The position numbers and the translations under genes are program-made. A DNA stretch of 62,594 nt, the filler included, from Chiloscyllium plagiosum (lineage: Eukaryota): assembly GCF_004010195.1 (NCBI RefSeq). It is 3 parts of one record of this genome, joined end to end, with 100 filler letters (N's around TTAATTAATTAA, not from the genome) between each part and the next. Parts side by side here need not be neighbours in the genome. Positions count along the whole stretch, not along the records: positions 54,184 to 62,594 come from NC_057713.1; 2 more parts are not named here. One strand, 5' to 3'. The notes beneath the pieces were generated by a model that worked only from the letters and a program-made list of their open reading frames with translations, made no database searches and was not told the origin of the DNA. Positions 61,893-62,594 of this stretch are shown piece after piece (the stretch's first letter is position 1; the number at the start of each line of letters is the position of its first letter).

Positions 61893-62594
61893 GTCATAGA
61901 GTTATAGAGTCATAGAGATGTACAGCATGGAAACAGACCCTTCGGTCCAACCCGTCCATTACGACCAGATGTCCCAACCCAATCTAGTCCCACTTGCCAT
62001 CGCCCGGCCCATATCCCCCCAAACCCTTCCTATTCATATACCCATCCAAATGCCTCTTAAATGTTGCAATTGTACCAGCCTCCACCACTTCCTCTGGCAG
62101 CTCATTCCATATACGTACCACCCTCTGCGTGAAAAAGTTGCCCCTTCGGTCTCTTTTATATCTTTCCCCTCTAGTTCTGGACTCCCTGACCCCAGGAAAA
62201 AGACTTTGTCGATTTATCCTATCCATGCTCCTCATAATTTTGTAAACCTCTATAAGGTCACCCCTCAGCCTCCGACGCTCCAGGGAAAACAGCCCCAGCC
62301 TGTTCAGCCTCTNNNNNNNNNNNNNNNNNNNNNNNNNNNNNNNNNNNNNNNNNNNNNNNNNNNNNNNNNNNNNNNNNNNNNNNNNNNNNNNNNNNNNNNN
62401 NNNNNNNNNNNNNNNNNNNNNNNNNNNNNACAACATCTTTCTGATAGGAAGGAGACCAGAATTGCACGCAATATTCCAACAGTGGCCTAACCAATGTCCT
62501 GTACAGCGGCAACATGACCTCCCAACTCCTGTACTCAATACTCTGACCAATAAAGGAAAGCATTCCAAACGCCTTCTTCACTATCCTATCTACC
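61893..62594 (-). mobile_element. Young CR1 (HER1-type) LINE 3' portion, continuing beyond the window
   Basis: YRTLVRPLLEYCVQFWSP, RLNRLGLFSLERRRLRGDLIEVYKIM; (ctatgact) tail. Confidence 0.95.

Overview
Eukaryotic (vertebrate) genomic DNA, very repeat-rich. The repeat families (HE1-type V-SINE, SacSINE1-type Deu-SINE, CR1/HER1-type LINEs, Penelope-like elements) point to a cartilaginous fish, probably an orectolobiform/bamboo-type shark; this is an inference from remembered repeat consensus sequences. No intact, identifiable protein-coding gene is visible. Nearly all long ORFs in the track are decayed CR1, L1 or Penelope coding sequence, or N-gap artefacts. Non-repeat functional signals: (i) a CpG-rich promoter with tandem ETS/GABP sites at ~27.9 kb driving a spliced + strand transcript with short exons and only small ORFs; (ii) a well-formed box C/D snoRNA candidate at 45003-45099 on the same strand, making this a plausible snoRNA-host lncRNA; (iii) weaker, phase-compatible short exons on the - strand. 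Notable mobile DNA: more than a dozen Penelope termini carrying minimal hammerhead-ribozyme cores, several inserted as 120-370 bp non-coding, often palindromic units with 14-16 bp target-site duplications; a decayed endogenous-retrovirus gag (matrix, late domains, capsid start); a PIF/Harbinger transposase fossil; a 3-kb L1 ORF2; and CR1 copies, one with the ORF1 SGNH esterase. Two 100-bp gaps contain an artificial TTAATTAATTAA linker, so adjacency across 27.6 kb and 54.1 kb is uncertain. Repeat boundaries are approximate and family names were assigned by eye, without database searches.
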